NCBI GenBank assembly: GCA_030324005.1
Contig: JARDVH010000133.1
Span: 23,412,409 to 23,476,408 of the forward strand
DNA: 64,000 bases
Direction of reading: 5' to 3'
From: Negaprion brevirostris
Lineage: Eukaryota
Both the position numbers and the translations under genes were made by a program. The notes under the pieces were generated by a model. The model ran no database searches, was not told the origin of the DNA, and saw only the letters and a program-made list of their open reading frames with translations. Shown in pieces: positions 1 through 12,699 of this stretch (position 1 is its first letter; each line of letters opens with the position of its first letter).

Positions 1-212
1 TCCACTCACACTGTCTGCACCTTTAAGACTTGATTAGCTGTAAAGACTTGCATTCTAATCAGTATTCTGTAAACTGAATGTGTGCCTTTATGTGCCCTGT
101 TTGTGATCAGAACTCCCCACTCACCTGATGAAGAGGCAGAGCCCCGAAAGCTAGTGACGTTTGCTACCAAATAAATTGTTGAACTTTAACCTGGTGTTGT
201 TAGACTTCTTAA
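1..212 (+). mobile_element. 3' end / pseudo-LTR of a Penelope-like element (cut by window edge)
   Basis: Ends in ...TCACCTGATGAAGAGGCAGAGCCCCGAAAGCTAGTGA...AAATAAATTGTTGAACTTTAACCTGGTGTTGT, the hammerhead + AATAAA arrangement typical of vertebrate Penelope-like termini. Confidence 0.6.
121..157 (+). ncRNA. Minimal type-I hammerhead ribozyme motif (Penelope-associated)
   Basis: TCAC (stem I) - CTGATGA core - A - GAGGC/AGA/GCCCC (stem II, one mismatch) - GAAA - GC - TA (cleavage site) - GTGA (stem I'). Stem III is reduced to the palindrome AGCT. Confidence 0.6.
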
Positions 213-519
213 GTGGCAACCAAACAGGGCTAAAGTGTGGGACAAAATCTATACAAGTTTTGGAAAATGGAATACCAGCAAGGAAAGCATTAGATAACTG
301 AGTCAGGAAAAGTGAAAGCTATGCATAAGGATTTTGATAAGGATAATATGTTAAAGGTAAGGTGAGGTAGTCAGTGCAATGGAAGTAAGTAGTCTTTGTG
401 TTAGATTGGATGTAGCGTTTGAAGCTCAGCTAATAGTTGAATAGGGACCCCAAGTTGACTAAGGCTGTCTCCTTTCATCCCCATAATGTCGCTAGTTAAG
501 GCCCTTAAGCATTTGCAAC

Positions 520-997
520 TTGCGTTTGTAACCTTAATGCTGTCCTGGCTGGCCTCCCGTCTTCAAACCTCTATAAACTTAAGTTGATACAATATGGGCA
601 GCAGAGATTTGTAAGTCGCAACGTATGCTCACTTGTCATCCAATGCTCATTGAGCGACATCAGCTCTAAATCCATCAATGCCATGGATTTAAACTCTCAT
701 CCTTGTGTTCCAACCTTTCCTGGCTCAGTAATCTCCTGCACGCCTACAATCTTCAGCGAACTCTACAATGCTACAATTCAGAGTTCTTGTGCATCCCAAC
801 TTAATTCATTCATCAACACACACTAAGCTTTGGAATTTCCCCTCTGTCTCTTTTTAAGGGACTCCTTAAAACCTATCCCTTTGACCAAGCTTTTGGTCAT
901 CTCATGTCTCCTTTTTTGGCTTGGCGCCAATTTTTGTCAGACTGCATTCCTTGACACGCTTTGCTGTGTGAAAGTACTATATAAAACAGGTTATTGC
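520..997 (+). mobile_element. Degraded L2-clade LINE 3' fragment
   Basis: 3' motifs CTCCTTAAAACCTA...TTTGACCAAGCTTTTGGTCA and terminal GAAAGTACTATATAAAACAGGTTATTG; related inverse copy at ~14080-14540. Confidence 0.5.
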
Positions 998-1490
998 ATG
1001 ACAGAGTGACTCCTTTACTTCCTCAGATAATGGTAAGGGAGAGATGTTTGTTAATGAGCAAAAAACAAATGGTTTTATCTTCTGTTAAACTGGAGGAGTT
1101 GTGGCTATTACAATTACAGATCCCTGTTTAGGATTCACCATTAATAATGGTACTTTCCATTGCATCACTTACGATCAGAAGTTATGGTGGCACAGTAGTT
1201 AGCACTGCTGCTTCAGAGCACCAGGAACCTGGGTTTGATTCCCACTGGCATTATTTTCGTGGTTACAGTCAGTGATAGAAATGAAATTAATGCATAATAT
1301 GACTTATAACAATTATTCTATGCATTCACTTGCTGACTGCAAAATAAAGCAGTCTAGTGATTCATATCTGGACAACATCTCACTACAGAATTAATTACTC
1401 TGCCACTTTGAAGTTTGGAGAAAAACAACGGAGTGCCATTTGTGACTGCAGGCCAGGCTATCATATGAATAAATATTGAATAATTCAGGG

Positions 1491-1791
1491 AAAGTTTATT
1501 TATTAGTGTCACAAGTAGGCTTACATTAACACTGCAATGAAGTTACTGTGAAAATTCCCAAGTCACCACACTCCGGCACCAGTTCGGGTACACTGAAGGA
1601 GAATTTAGTATGGCCAATGTACCTAACCAGCCCATCTTTTGGATTGTGGGAGGAAACTAGAGCACCCAGAGGAAACCCACACAGACATAGGGAGAATGTA
1701 CAGACTCCGCACAGACAGTGATCCACGCCAGGAATTGAACCCAGGTTCCTGTGCTCTGAGGCAGCAGTGCTAACCACTGTGCCACCATGCC
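1491..1791 (-). mobile_element. tRNA-derived V-SINE (HE1-like), tail type B
   Basis: Minus strand: GGCATGGTGGCACAGTGGTTAGCACTGCTGCC head with A/B boxes, central GGGTTTCCTCTGGGTGCTCTAGTTTCCTCCCAC V-domain, tail ending CCTACTTGTGACACTAATAAATAAACTTT. Confidence 0.85.
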
Positions 1792-2380
1792 AGGTCCAGC
1801 ATCATCCAGGTCTGACTCTGACCCCATACCCATCCCTCCAAGTCTGCTGCCCTTTGATCACTCTTTCTCTCCTTCTCACTTCTGACTATATTCCCAGGTC
1901 TCCCCTCATTCTGACTCTGGTCCAACAACCACCACTCATTCCGACTCCCAGTCTCACTCTACGTCCACTCCAACTCCAGCACCCTCCTCCAGGTCTGACT
2001 CTGACCTCTTCCTCCCCCATCTGGTCTTCTGCTGACTAAGCCCATGTCACTATCTGCTAAACCAACCCCCAGTCCATTCTGACCACCCCTGGGCTCCCCT
2101 TGTTCCAACTTCAACCCCTCAGGTCACCCCCCACAAACAGTGCAGACCCCTTCCGGTAAGGGTCTTCCCCTCATTGCAACTCTGCTTCCTTGGGTCTACC
2201 CTGTTGCCCTGTCCCAACCATTCCTTAGGCCCCCTCCTCCACCCACACCATTCCAACTCCCCCATTCCAATTGCATCTGCGCCTCCCCACCCCCGCGTGA
2301 CCCCACCTTTCAGGTCTGAGTCCACCCCGCTTCAATGTCTGAACCCCCACTTACACTTGAAACTTACCTTCTCGCTTTAA
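1792..2380. repeat. C-rich degenerate low-complexity / minisatellite-like tract
   Basis: Strong C/T skew with recurring (CCAGG)TCTGACTCT(GACC) motifs near 1806, 1989 and 2311. Confidence 0.45.
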
Positions 2381-3719
2381 GTTGAACCTCTAAACACTTT
2401 CTTTACGGCAGCTAGTGTCACAAAAAAGGGATGCATCCTACCTCTCTGTTACTCCACGCTGATGCAGCCAGGGACATGCTTCACTGCCTCTGTCTCACCC
2501 ACCTTGAAAGTCAAGCGGGATGGGGCTTTGGAATTTTAATGAGGGTGAGTTCCTTCGGAATGGCAATCTGCTGGTGGCCCGTAACTCCCTCAGAATGGCA
2601 AATATAAAATGCAATTCTGTCATTGTTAGTGAGTTGAGTAATGTTCCGAGTCTATCCTATTTCTGACTCGGACAAAAAGTTACCCAAAGTTTGATTAACT
2701 CACTTAAAGTAGACTGGTGTAGGACCTTACCATTTGAACTACAAATGTATTCACCTGATCTTTAATCTGGCAGCTGGACAGACTTCATTTTAACAGCTGA
2801 CAATTAATCTGACTGATTCATTAGTTTCCTTCCATCTGTGACAGATAATGAAACTGCAGCCTTGGAAGTTTTGGTGAGATCAGATAAGATCATCTGCTGC
2901 ACTTCCTTTGACTGAAGTCTGGAAAGGCAGTCTGCCAAACATGGAGTTGTGCCATGCTGGTGATACATGATGATCTCTACTTTTTTGCAGGGTTGGCTTC
3001 GGAGCTTCTGAAGCCACATTTCTTTTTGGTGACAATATTTTGCTCATAGTTGGTGTCACTATTTGCATTGATTGTCAGCTAAGTTTACCATTTGTCACAG
3101 CAGATTTTGTTTGCTGAATAAACCAAATCCCAAAGGGATTACTGATCATAAACCTTTTTGTCTATGTTCTGAAAACAAGGGAAAAATATACTGATCCCAG
3201 GAGCATAGAATTCCATAACACTTTAATGATTTTTAAAAATTGTAAGCTTTAGAAACAAGAAGAAAAACTTAAACGTGCACAAATTTACACAGTTAAAACA
3301 GGCTAACAAAACCTCCCCAAAAAAACCCTCTCAGTCGGAACACACAAGTAAACGCCTTTTTGGCAACTTTCCCTGATTGATTTTGAACTCTAAAATTCTA
3401 GTAATATTACTCAAGGAAAACCCGCTGTCGTAAAGGTATATGATGTGTCTTCTCAACCTCTTCCATTCTGCTGTGGAAATTCAAGAAAATTCAGGAACAC
3501 AATTGCTTTCTGAAACTAAAGACTTTTCTGGGTTCTGGATGGCTGTTTCAAATGTTACACCTTCTCTCAGCACAGAGCTGTTCCCAATATGTCTTCCCCG
3601 TTTTGCCAACACAACTCAGCATAACAACTCTCCATAAGTATTATTTTCTCTTTCATATTTGATTCCATTATTCTCAGCACCTCTTTGAACTTAATTTTTC
3701 CAAAAATATAAAAATCCTT

Positions 3720-5215
3720 CATGTAAGACCATAAGGTCACAAAGCAGAAGTAGGCCATTCGGCCCATTGAGTCTGCTCCATCATTCAATAAGATCATGAC
3801 TGATCTGATAATCCTCAACCTCATTTTCCAATCTTATCCTCATAACGCTTGATTCTTTTCCTGATTAAAATCTCCACCTTGAATATGCTTAATAACCCAG
3901 CATCTACAGCCCTCTGAAAAAAAGAATTACAAAGATTCATGACCCTCTGAGAAAATAAGTTTCTTTTCAGCTCTGTATTAAATGGGCGGCCTCTAACTGT
4001 GAGACTATACCTTCTGGTCCTAGACTCTCTCACAAGGGGAAACAAACTCCCAGCTTCAACATGACAAGCCCCTGGAGAATTTTAAATGTCTCAATAGGTT
4101 GTGTCCAGACTCCAAAGAGTATAGACCCAACCTACTCAACCTCTCCTTGTAAGGAAATCTCTTTATACCTGGGATCAACCTAGTGAACCTTCTCTGGACT
4201 GTCTCCAATGCCAGCATATCTTTCTTTAGGTGAGGTGACCAAAACTGTTCACAGTATTCCCGGTGTGGTCTAACTAGCTTCTTGTATAGTTTTAGCAAGA
4301 TTTCCCTATTTTTATATTTCATTCCCTTTGAAATAAAGGCAACATTCCATTTGCCTTCCCTATTACCTGCTAAACTTTTATACTAGCTTTTTGTGATTTA
4401 TGCACGAAGATCCCCAAATCCTTCTATGCTGCAGCTTTAGAACCATAGAATCCTACAGTGCAGAAAGAGGCCCTTCAGCCTATCGAGTCTGCACCGACCA
4501 CAATCTCACCCAGGCCACACCCCCACATATTTTACCTGCTAATCCCTCTAACCTACACATCTCAGGACACTAAGGGGCAATTTTTAGCATGGCCAATCAA
4601 CCTAATCTGCACATCTTTGGACTGTGGGAGGAAACTGGGGCACCCGGAGGAAAGCTATGCAGACACGAGGAGAATGTGCAAACTCCACAAAGTGGACCGT
4701 GACCTGAGCCGAGAATCAAACCCAGGTGCCTGGAACTGTGAAGCAGCAGTGCTAATCACTGTGCTACCGTGCTGCCCTTTCTGCAGTCTTTTCTCCATTT
4801 TAACATAATATTGCTACCAAAGTGCACAATTTCATATTTTCCTACATTATATTTCATCTTTCAAGCTTTTGTACCTTCAGTTAACCACCCTATAGCCCTC
4901 TGAAGGCTCTTTGTGTCATCCTCACCACTTGCCTTTCCACCTATTTTTGTGTCATTGGTAAACCTGGCAATAGTACATTAACTTCTCTCATCCAGGTCAT
5001 TAATATATGTTGTAAGTAATTGTGGCCCCAGCGTTCCACTAGGTATAAGTTGACATCCTGAAAATTCTACTCTTATCCCAATTCCCTGTCTTCTATTAGT
5101 TCTCCAATCCTCCACTCATGCTAATACACTTCTCCTAACACCATCGGTTTTATCTCATTAAGTAGCCTTTTTAGTGATATCAAACGCCTTTTGGAAAGAT
5201 ACATTACACCTATGT
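3720..5215 (-). mobile_element. CR1 LINE 3' portion (RT C-terminus and 3' UTR), interrupted by a SINE
   Basis: ORF 4056-4322 YKKLVRPHREYCEQFWSPHLKKDMLALETVQRRFTRLIPG and ORF 3821-4045 RNLFSQRVMNL are classic CR1 ORF2 C-terminal motifs; CR1 tail at ~3720-3790. Confidence 0.9.
4438..4777 (-). mobile_element. V-SINE (HE1-like), CR1-type tail A, nested in CR1
   Basis: Full head GGGCAGCACGGTAGCACAGTG..., V-domain, tail ...TTTCTGCACTGTAGGATTCTATGGTTCTA. The CR1 sequence GCAGCTTT|CTGCAG is split around it. Confidence 0.85.
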
Positions 5216-6732
5216 CTTCCTATGGCCTCCCCTCTTAGGTCAAATAAAATTTAATAACCTCCCCTTGTTTACTTATGGAACCTTTGTAAGTTGTAAAGTT
5301 CCTTATTCTGTTTTGAAATTTAACAACTGAAAAGCCAAGCCCCTCTCTAGCTCCTGTCTTCTGATGCAAATTTTTAAACACTGGGCCAAAGTGTTTTGGG
5401 AAACATGAACACAGAGCTGGGAAGCTTGGAGAGGAAAGGGAGATTGGAGATGGGTCTTCCATTGGAGAGGGTACATAAAATCCATCCTTGACCTATGTAC
5501 CAATGATGGTAATTATGATGGAGAGAAGAACAGTCTCTGAGGAAAAGGAGGCACCGACAATGTCAGTTATTATGACTTGTATCATGTTTATTCATTAGCA
5601 TGAAGAAATATTGAACTCAAAGTACAATTTGTTATTACATATTTTACAACTCAAACTCTTTGCAATTGACATTATTCAGATGCTCTGTTGTGTTTACAAT
5701 AATGCCCACTCAACCAAAAATTGTTTCTATAGAGTGCTCTTTGGATAATACTTATAAAATATATAATTATGTATCTTTCCTTTAATAACTTAGCTTTCTA
5801 CAAAGCTCAAATGTAACAAAGCTGGGGAAACTCTTTCAGCAGCTCTCACTTCTGAACAGGATACATAAAAAGCATGTCGTTTAATTCTAGATCTTTGCTT
5901 TACATAAAGAAAGTTGTGCCTATCATGTGACATCACACTTTGTTACAGATCACTTTTACAAAAATAAAACCATTCATCGTCATGAAACCTGAAATATAGA
6001 AACAATTACAATTACCCCTTTGATTTATTTTAGAAGCTCATATGTAACTCTAATTAACTCAGTTTGTCTATTTGGCGCAGGCATAAGCTAATTAGGGTCT
6101 GAACATAAAAATCATGCTGCACACCTAGAACAATCACAATCAATGCATCAGGAGATTTTGTGGTTATTAAGGAATTCCAACAAAGTTACCACAATGTTAT
6201 TTTTCTGTCCGTTCTTTTTTTTAAGTTCTTTGAATCAGTTTTGTGTTCTTTCAGTTTTACTTCTAAGATATTTACTACTAACTACTGTTTTAATTTTATA
6301 TCCAAGACCGATATCTCTGACTACAGTTTGCCTCAAATGTGCTTCATATTAATCCTGAATGCGATAAATATTGTGAATTGTTTTATCTTTCTGACCTTAT
6401 ATAGGAAAGTTTATTTTGCTTGTTCAAAAACTGTGAACTTTTGTGACTTTATTCTCTTAGCAAGCACCTTGAATCTTAAACTTTACTTTAAACGTACTGG
6501 TCCCTAACCAGATTGTACCAAAATTTGGGAATCTGATTCAGAATAATGACAATTTCATTTGAAAAGTTAGCTTTTTTCATGGCATTAATATGCATAAAGG
6601 TAAAGCTTTAACTAGTAAACATTGTCATCATTAGTATAATGTTCATCTTTTGTTCCACAGAAAATCAAAGTATTAATTCGGTGATACAGCACTGAATCCA
6701 CAAGTGAAATCCTTATTACATGAATTACTGTG

Positions 6733-7727
6733 TGTCATGAGACCCAAGCCCACCTTAGTATGGAGTGAGGAGGTCAGGAACTCCAAGTCCTGAAAGTCTC
6801 CAGATGTTCCACTCATGCAGATTGAGAACAGGCTGCAATATGCAATTCAGCATCTTCACATTCTTTCGGGTTCAGGATGGACCTGCGTCTGGAGAAAACC
6901 CCCAAGGTCAGGTCCAGAACACCAGAATTAGCAAGTGTCCCAGAGAAAGGGAGAAGGGAGTGGCTCAGGGAGAGGTCCCAGGTAGAAGACAAAGATGGAG
7001 TGGGAGGGAGCAGAAACAGGTCCCGGTTAAGTTAAAAGAAAGGAGCAGAAGTTTAAGAAAGGACTGTCAAGACCAGACGGTAAATGAAGTGGTTTTGGAA
7101 TGAGCCCTTAAAGATTCAAGAAAACAGTCTCCATGCTGCAGGCTTTTGGGGTAAAGGAGCCTCTTTGGAGTGTTCTGTTTGGCCTGCCAAGGAATTGAAA
7201 TTGTGCTTGGAAATTGATGCTCGAGTCTACACAAGAGTTGGAATCTCATTAGGTGAGATTGAAACTCTGAAAGGTGGGCCGTTGTTGAAGTCATCTCGAG
7301 TTGGAGCGACTTTTGAGAGAGAATTCAAAGGTGAAGATTGGAAACCTTTGTGAGAGGGGAATTTCAGTGAAAATGATTGATTTTCGGGGTGACTAATGTC
7401 TAGGTGGGTTGTTGAGTAATCCATGGAATCTACCTTTTATTGTGCAGTGTGGTGTGTCTGACCCACAGCTTGCCTGGTAATTCACATGTACCTCAAACTT
7501 GCCCTGAATGTTAGGGTTGAAGCCAGATATTGTACAGTTGCTAGTTTCATCTTTCTAACTCTGTATAGCGAAGTTTAGTTTTGTTTGTTCAAAACTCATG
7601 GAATCTGCTGGCTTTTGTCACTAAGCAAACATCTTAAATCTCAAACTTTGTCCACTTTAAACAAAATGTTGTTGGTCCCTAACTGAATCTCACCAACAAC
7701 TTGTAAGTTTGGTCAAGGATCATAACA
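6733..7727 (+). mobile_element. Solo LTR (Gypsy-like), ~995 bp
   Basis: Termini TGTCATGA...TCATAACA (TG..CA with short inverted ends) flanked by the 4-bp direct repeat TGTG (6729-6732, 7728-7731). A related older 3' end lies at ~6400-6551. Confidence 0.7.
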
Positions 7728-7888
7728 TGTGAAAAGACTGAAGAAACTTAAATATTGGGATATGTAAGGATAATTCCTTATTCAAATTAAAAATGATAAT
7801 TGAATGCGCAAAACATGATCTAATTTACAATACAATAAGTGTTGAAACATTTTCTATTGCATTATTATCGATAGTTTAATCTAAACAG

Positions 7889-8046
7889 GAAAGGGAACAC
7901 AGAAATGGAAAACTACTGGAGCCATATACAATGGTGATTGGGAATACGGAAAAAGAAATGGGTTTGGAACTTACAGTCTGCCAGATCCAATCAGTGGAGA
8001 ATATAAAAAAGTGTATTCAGGAGCATGGAAAAATGACAAAAGACAT
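7889..8046 (+). CDS. MORN3: MORN repeat-containing protein 3, internal coding exon (158 bp)
   Basis: AG at 7887-7888, GT at 8047. Encodes (G)KGTQKWKTTGAIYNGDWEYGKRNGFGTYSLPDPISGEYKKVYSGAWKNDKRH, with MORN YxGxW..GKR.G.G motifs matching vertebrate MORN3. Confidence 0.95.
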
Positions 8047-8196
8047 GTGAGTACAGAATGACTTCATGATTTCAGTATTAGTTATTTTAATGTATGATTA
8101 CTACTTTAATTTCAAATTAGTCAATGAACACATGCCTATACCCAGTTCTGTTCCTGATTTGTTTAAACCTAGAGTTTTATAAGTACAAAACATAAA

Positions 8197-8610
8197 TATT
8201 TGCTGAAAAGAGAGATCTGTTGCCAAGCTGTGGTCTTGCACTCAGTAGGATAAACACAAGAATGTCACATTTCAAACGATCACAACAATTTATACGACAA
8301 AAACAGGGTGCTGACTGGTTGGCAAATCATCTCTGATTAAATTAATGCCACGGAGAAAGTAATGGGGAACTAAGTACCTGGATAATTCAAAAATGGTGCA
8401 AGGTCCCTGTGAATGAATGTATGTCACTTGGTAAGCGTAACTGAATCATCTTACAAGCGTGACTGTTTATCTTAAATTGTTTGTTAGTGTAGCTAGTGAT
8501 GTACTTGGGATTGTTCAGTAGGTGCTTCCCGGTCACACAATCACATCTAACAGTAGACGTTTTGTTTTGGGTTTTGGAAGCACTATCTGGTTAAGCGTAG
8601 GCTATACTCT
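8197..8610 (-). mobile_element. Penelope-like element 3' fragment (GIY-YIG C-terminus plus terminus)
   Basis: Minus-strand translation RCDCVTGKHLLNNPKYITSYTNKQFKINSHAC resembles the PLE endonuclease-region motif S.IGxHLLxNPxC...FKI; decayed hammerhead-like relic at ~8222-8255. Confidence 0.6.
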
Positions 8611-8637
8611 ACCTATTATGAACAACTGGAGGAACAT

Positions 8638-8830
8638 CAAAGCGAATACTGCAAATGCTGGACATCTGAAATAGGAACAGAAAATGCTGGAAAAACTCAG
8701 CATGTTTGGTAGCATCTTTGGAGAGAGAAACAAAGTTAATGTGAAGAAGAGTCACACTGACTAGAAACATTAACTCTGTTTCTCTTCCGCAGATGCTACT
8801 AGACTTGCTGAGTTTTTCCAGCATTTTCTA
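8638..8830. mobile_element. Palindromic non-autonomous Penelope-derived element
   Basis: Arms AGAAAATGCTGGAAAAACTCAGCA... and ...TGCTGAGTTTTTCCAGCATTTTCT are inverted; centre GAAGAAGAGTC..GACTAGAAAC resembles a hammerhead core remnant. Confidence 0.65.
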
Positions 8831-10029
8831 CTTTTAACTGAAGAAATTGCTATTCTCGGAAATTTCGGGTCGATCAGTCAGATACAGTTGCAAACAAGTC
8901 AGGTTTCTATTTTTCTTTAAAGCTCTATTGTCCATATTTTCTATATTGTCTATATCTTCAAATCAGTTCAAAAACAACAAATGATACACACAGTATATGA
9001 TGAAAGTTTTACCAATGTAGAAACACACTGCGTGAAGCTAGGTACTCATCTACAGATGCCAGGATCCAAAAGTACAACTAATGGACTACAAATATTACTA
9101 AACCTCTTCCAATGTCACCAGGTATTTTGCGAAACTGAGTGTGCCACTATGATGAGTGTGTTGAATTCAGCAGTGAAAATTATGTAAACTAGATCATGAA
9201 CTCTGATCTCTTGCAATTGAAACTAAAATTAAACTTGTAAAAATGTGCCTCAAATCACTTTCACATATTTGGAGTCCCATTTTAAAACAGTAATTGAGTA
9301 TCACCTAAAACTGTTGGTTTTTGTCTTCTGGCGACTTGGAGGCAAGGGAAGTCCATGTAGATTCCACACCCGAATGATCTGCTCTTTAAAAAATAGCTAC
9401 TGTCTTTAGCTGCTTGCAATGACTGGTCACCTTTCTACATAATAGTTTGCACTGTTGTATTGATGATGGAAATTTATTTGAACTCATAAGGTAGAGATTT
9501 GTTGCTTTCTGTGCCTTTTGTTTGAATTTTAAATTTAATCGCAAGTTGAGAATCAGTAGAGCAGGAAGGTAAGAAAAATCCATTGTATGGGAGAGTTGGG
9601 ATGACAAGATCAATGGAGCAAGTGTTGTGAATTCCTTTTCTATCTTTGATTCATGAAACTGTCTTGCTGTTTAAATTGGTATTTCTGTGAGGCAATGGGC
9701 TGGCAATTTGAATATCAAATTAGAGTGAAGTAGTAGGTCTTGGTGTAACTAAGTTCTGTCTTTTCCTCCTCTTGGAGGAAAATGCAAATTGATTTGGTGC
9801 TATCTGATGATCATTTGGTGGCTGATATGTATTGTCCTAGTTTTCCTAATCTGCTAACCCTTCTACTCTTGCCTGTTGATCAATGACGTGCATCATACAT
9901 GTACACAATATGCAGAAAAAATAATCTTTGAAACACACAGTCTGTCATATAAATAGGGTTACTACGTTGTAAGAACCATTTTCAGAATTGTGACAATGAA
10001 CTCAGTGTAAATACAGCATTTTATATCTC

Positions 10030-10360
10030 ACAGGAAACCCTGTGGTATGTGTGAATTTCCAGCAGTGCTGCTAGAGCGCCCTTCTGACCCCTCAAGTAGT
10101 TGTAAAATATCCAATGATATTGTTCTGAAGAAAAGCATCGGGGTTATGCCCAGTGTCCCAGCCAATTTTTTTATCTTGATCATCAGAAAACCAGATTATC
10201 TGATTCATATCACAGTGCTTTTTTTTATTGCTGTGCATAAAGTGATTTGTCATGTTTGCTATATTACAATAGTGATTACAATTCAAACATAGTTCATTGG
10301 CAGCAAACATGATTAGGAACATCCCGAGGCTGCAAACGACTGTATAAATGCAAGTCCTTG
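10030..10360 (+). mobile_element. Deu-domain SINE (SacSINE1/AmnSINE-like), 3' part
   Basis: Homologous to 13474-13895: GAAGAA...GGGGTT..CCCAGTGTCC..GCCAAT and tail ACATCCCGAGG...GTATAAATGCAAGT. Confidence 0.6.
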
Positions 10361-10445
10361 TCTTTCTTCATTCCTTTTTGTAATGATTATCATTTTACCT
10401 TTATTTTTCCATCATTGTTATTTTATATCATTGTCTTTTTTGCAG

Positions 10446-10605
10446 GGGTTAGGAACCAACTTTTACTCAGATGATGACATTTATGAGGGTCATTGGTATG
10501 CTGACAAGAGAAGTGGCTGGGGTAGAATGTATTATGCAGATTGCTCTACTTATGAAGGTGAATGGTTTGATGATGCTCCCAATGGTCAGGGCATGCTTTG
10601 CCTGG
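10446..10605 (+). CDS. MORN3: MORN3 internal coding exon (160 bp)
   Basis: TTTTTTGCAG acceptor, GTGAGT donor. Encodes GLGTNFYSDDDIYEGHWYADKRSGWGRMYYADCSTYEGEWFDDAPNGQGMLCL; phases fit both neighbouring exons. Confidence 0.95.
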
Positions 10606-11201
10606 GTGAGTACTTGCTAGAATAATTTAAGATAAAACTGCTTATTTTTTGAATTGAGCAATGGCGGTTCAATTTTATAACAGACTGAAATACAGTAAAA
10701 ATATAAAAGTTTGAATTGAGAAGAGAGTTGTATTGATCAAACTTGTTCTGTCCAGAGCCTATTTTTACTAATTGGTGGACTGTGCCTTTTACCTCCTCCT
10801 CCACTCACACCTATTGAGCCATATTTCAAGGGATACTACTTTCCTTCCTAGATCTCTCCTACAAAATAAATCAAGCATGATATTAATACTTCTGTAACCC
10901 ATCACCTTCCCTTTTCAGTGGATGTTCTTCCAGATCCCTTTTAATTCAATTTATCATAAAGTAGTTACCTGCTCTAGGAGTCTCTTCCAGATGTTCACTA
11001 TCTAGTGAGACAGGGAAAAAAAGCTTTCATCAATTCCTAATCTTAATTTCATTAATTCTGTACTGAGTTTCCTCCAGTCCTATGTTCATTATTCCAAGTT
11101 AAATATCTTGTTTACTTTCAATCTTGTTTGTAGCATTCATGTTTCCTGTATCATACCTTTTCTTCGATAAAAATAAGTTATTCACTTGAGCCTGTCTTCA
11201 T

Positions 11202-11449
11202 TGTAGTATAAAGGGTTTACAGATATGATGTGGATGATAATGTACCACTAACATCAAGCAGTCATGTCTTAGACATTAAGAGAGAGAGGTTGGAACACCA
11301 TGCTCAGGAGCAATATGCCTATCCTGTAACCTGTTTAGATGTAGTACTAATAAACGAGTGCTAAGCAAGTACTAGAATATAACTATAGTCTGTCTAGTGT
11401 CTAAGTACCATGCTTAGAGCCTACAGGTAAGAAGAACCATCTCAGAACA
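11202..11449 (+). mobile_element. Possible short solo LTR
   Basis: TGTAG start, internal AATAAA, ends ...AGAACA; imperfect 5-bp flank repeat TTCAT/TTTAT. Confidence 0.35.
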
Positions 11450-11659
11450 TTTATAAATCAGTCTAGTTGTAGATTAACCTGGTCACTTGTATGAAATCTT
11501 TATATTGCATTTTTATCTTTTTTTGAAGTATGCTGGCCAAATGGCATGCTTTACTTCAGAAATTACCTTCGTTTTATTCTGCAGAAGGTAATTATAATGT
11601 GCATTGACTTGGAATCCAGAATCCACAACTTGAATCCCAGTACCTCATTGTGCTTTATA

Positions 11660-12330
11660 GAAAACAGAAAATGCTGGAGATACTCAGCAGGTCTGACAGC
11701 ACCTGTGGAGAGAAAAAAACAATTAGCATTCCAGGTTGATGATCTTTCTTCAGAACTGGGAAAACTTAAATGATATAATAGATTTTAGGCAAGTGAAAAG
11801 TTGGAGGGTTGGAAGAGAAGTGTGAATGAGAATATCTAATGGAGTGGAAGGCATAAGAGATTAGATGACTAGAGTTGATGTTGCAAAACCATAAGGAGTG
11901 GTAATGGGATGTGGATGCATCTCCTGTGTTTGCACAGAAGGATGATGTGGGAAGGGTGTGTTGGAGGTGATTGAGGAGTGAATGGTCCTTTCAGTATGTT
12001 GAAAGGGGAGAGGAAGGTGGTGGCATTACACTGGCAATGGTAGAGGATGACTTGTTGAATGTGGAAGCTGGTAAGATGGAAGGTAAGTACAAGGGGAATC
12101 CTATCATAATTCTGGGAGCGGGGGAAAGGTGAGAGCAGAAATACATAAAATGAAGGAACACAGCTGAGGATACTGGCCAACAATGGTGGGCAAGAATCCC
12201 AGGTTGAGGAAAAGGGAAGGCGTAATGGAAGGTTGTATCACCAATACAGATATGATGGAAATGGAAAAACTGGCAGAATAGAATAGACTCTTAACAAGGA
12301 GCAGGTTGTATGCAGGTGTATTCAAGTAGG
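11660..12330 (-). mobile_element. Degraded Penelope-like (Poseidon-type) fragment
   Basis: ORF 11869-12183 contains DRIPLVLTFH (PLE linker motif RxPLVLTYHP); terminus AAAACAGAAAATGCTGG..CTCAGCAGGTCTG is shared with copies at ~24085, ~40108, 8638 and 55575. Confidence 0.6.
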
Positions 12331-12699
12331 TTTATGGTGAAGCCTTATTGATAACTGCTTTACGCTACTTATAGGATCACTGGTCATTCCCAAATATTTT
12401 TCTTTGTTGGCTTCTGACAGTAAACCTCAAAATAAGACACTTTAACATTATAAAGTTCTTCATTATAAGTTGTTCCTGTGTGCAACATTGTATATTTTTC
12501 CACAATAAAATCCATCTGCCATATATCAGTCTGTCTGGATAATTGATTCATGCCTGTTTGAAGATGATGCATTTCATTTGTACTTATTACCTGCACATAC
12601 AGTTTTTTCTCATAAACTGATTTAATAATACTACTTCAGATATCCCATTACAGCATTCAAAAATAGTGTTTACAGCAAAGATGTCAGAACACAGCTCTC

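Noticed and set aside
1185-1245. tRNA gene-like A/B-box sequence (also at other SINE heads)
   Set aside because: It is the truncated tRNA-derived head of the V-SINE family; no complete cloverleaf.
1-7888. First coding exon of MORN3
   Set aside because: No segment encoding the expected N-terminus (W..WD.KAQ..GLR..VY.VNGD.Y.GEW) was found by eye; it is presumed to lie upstream.
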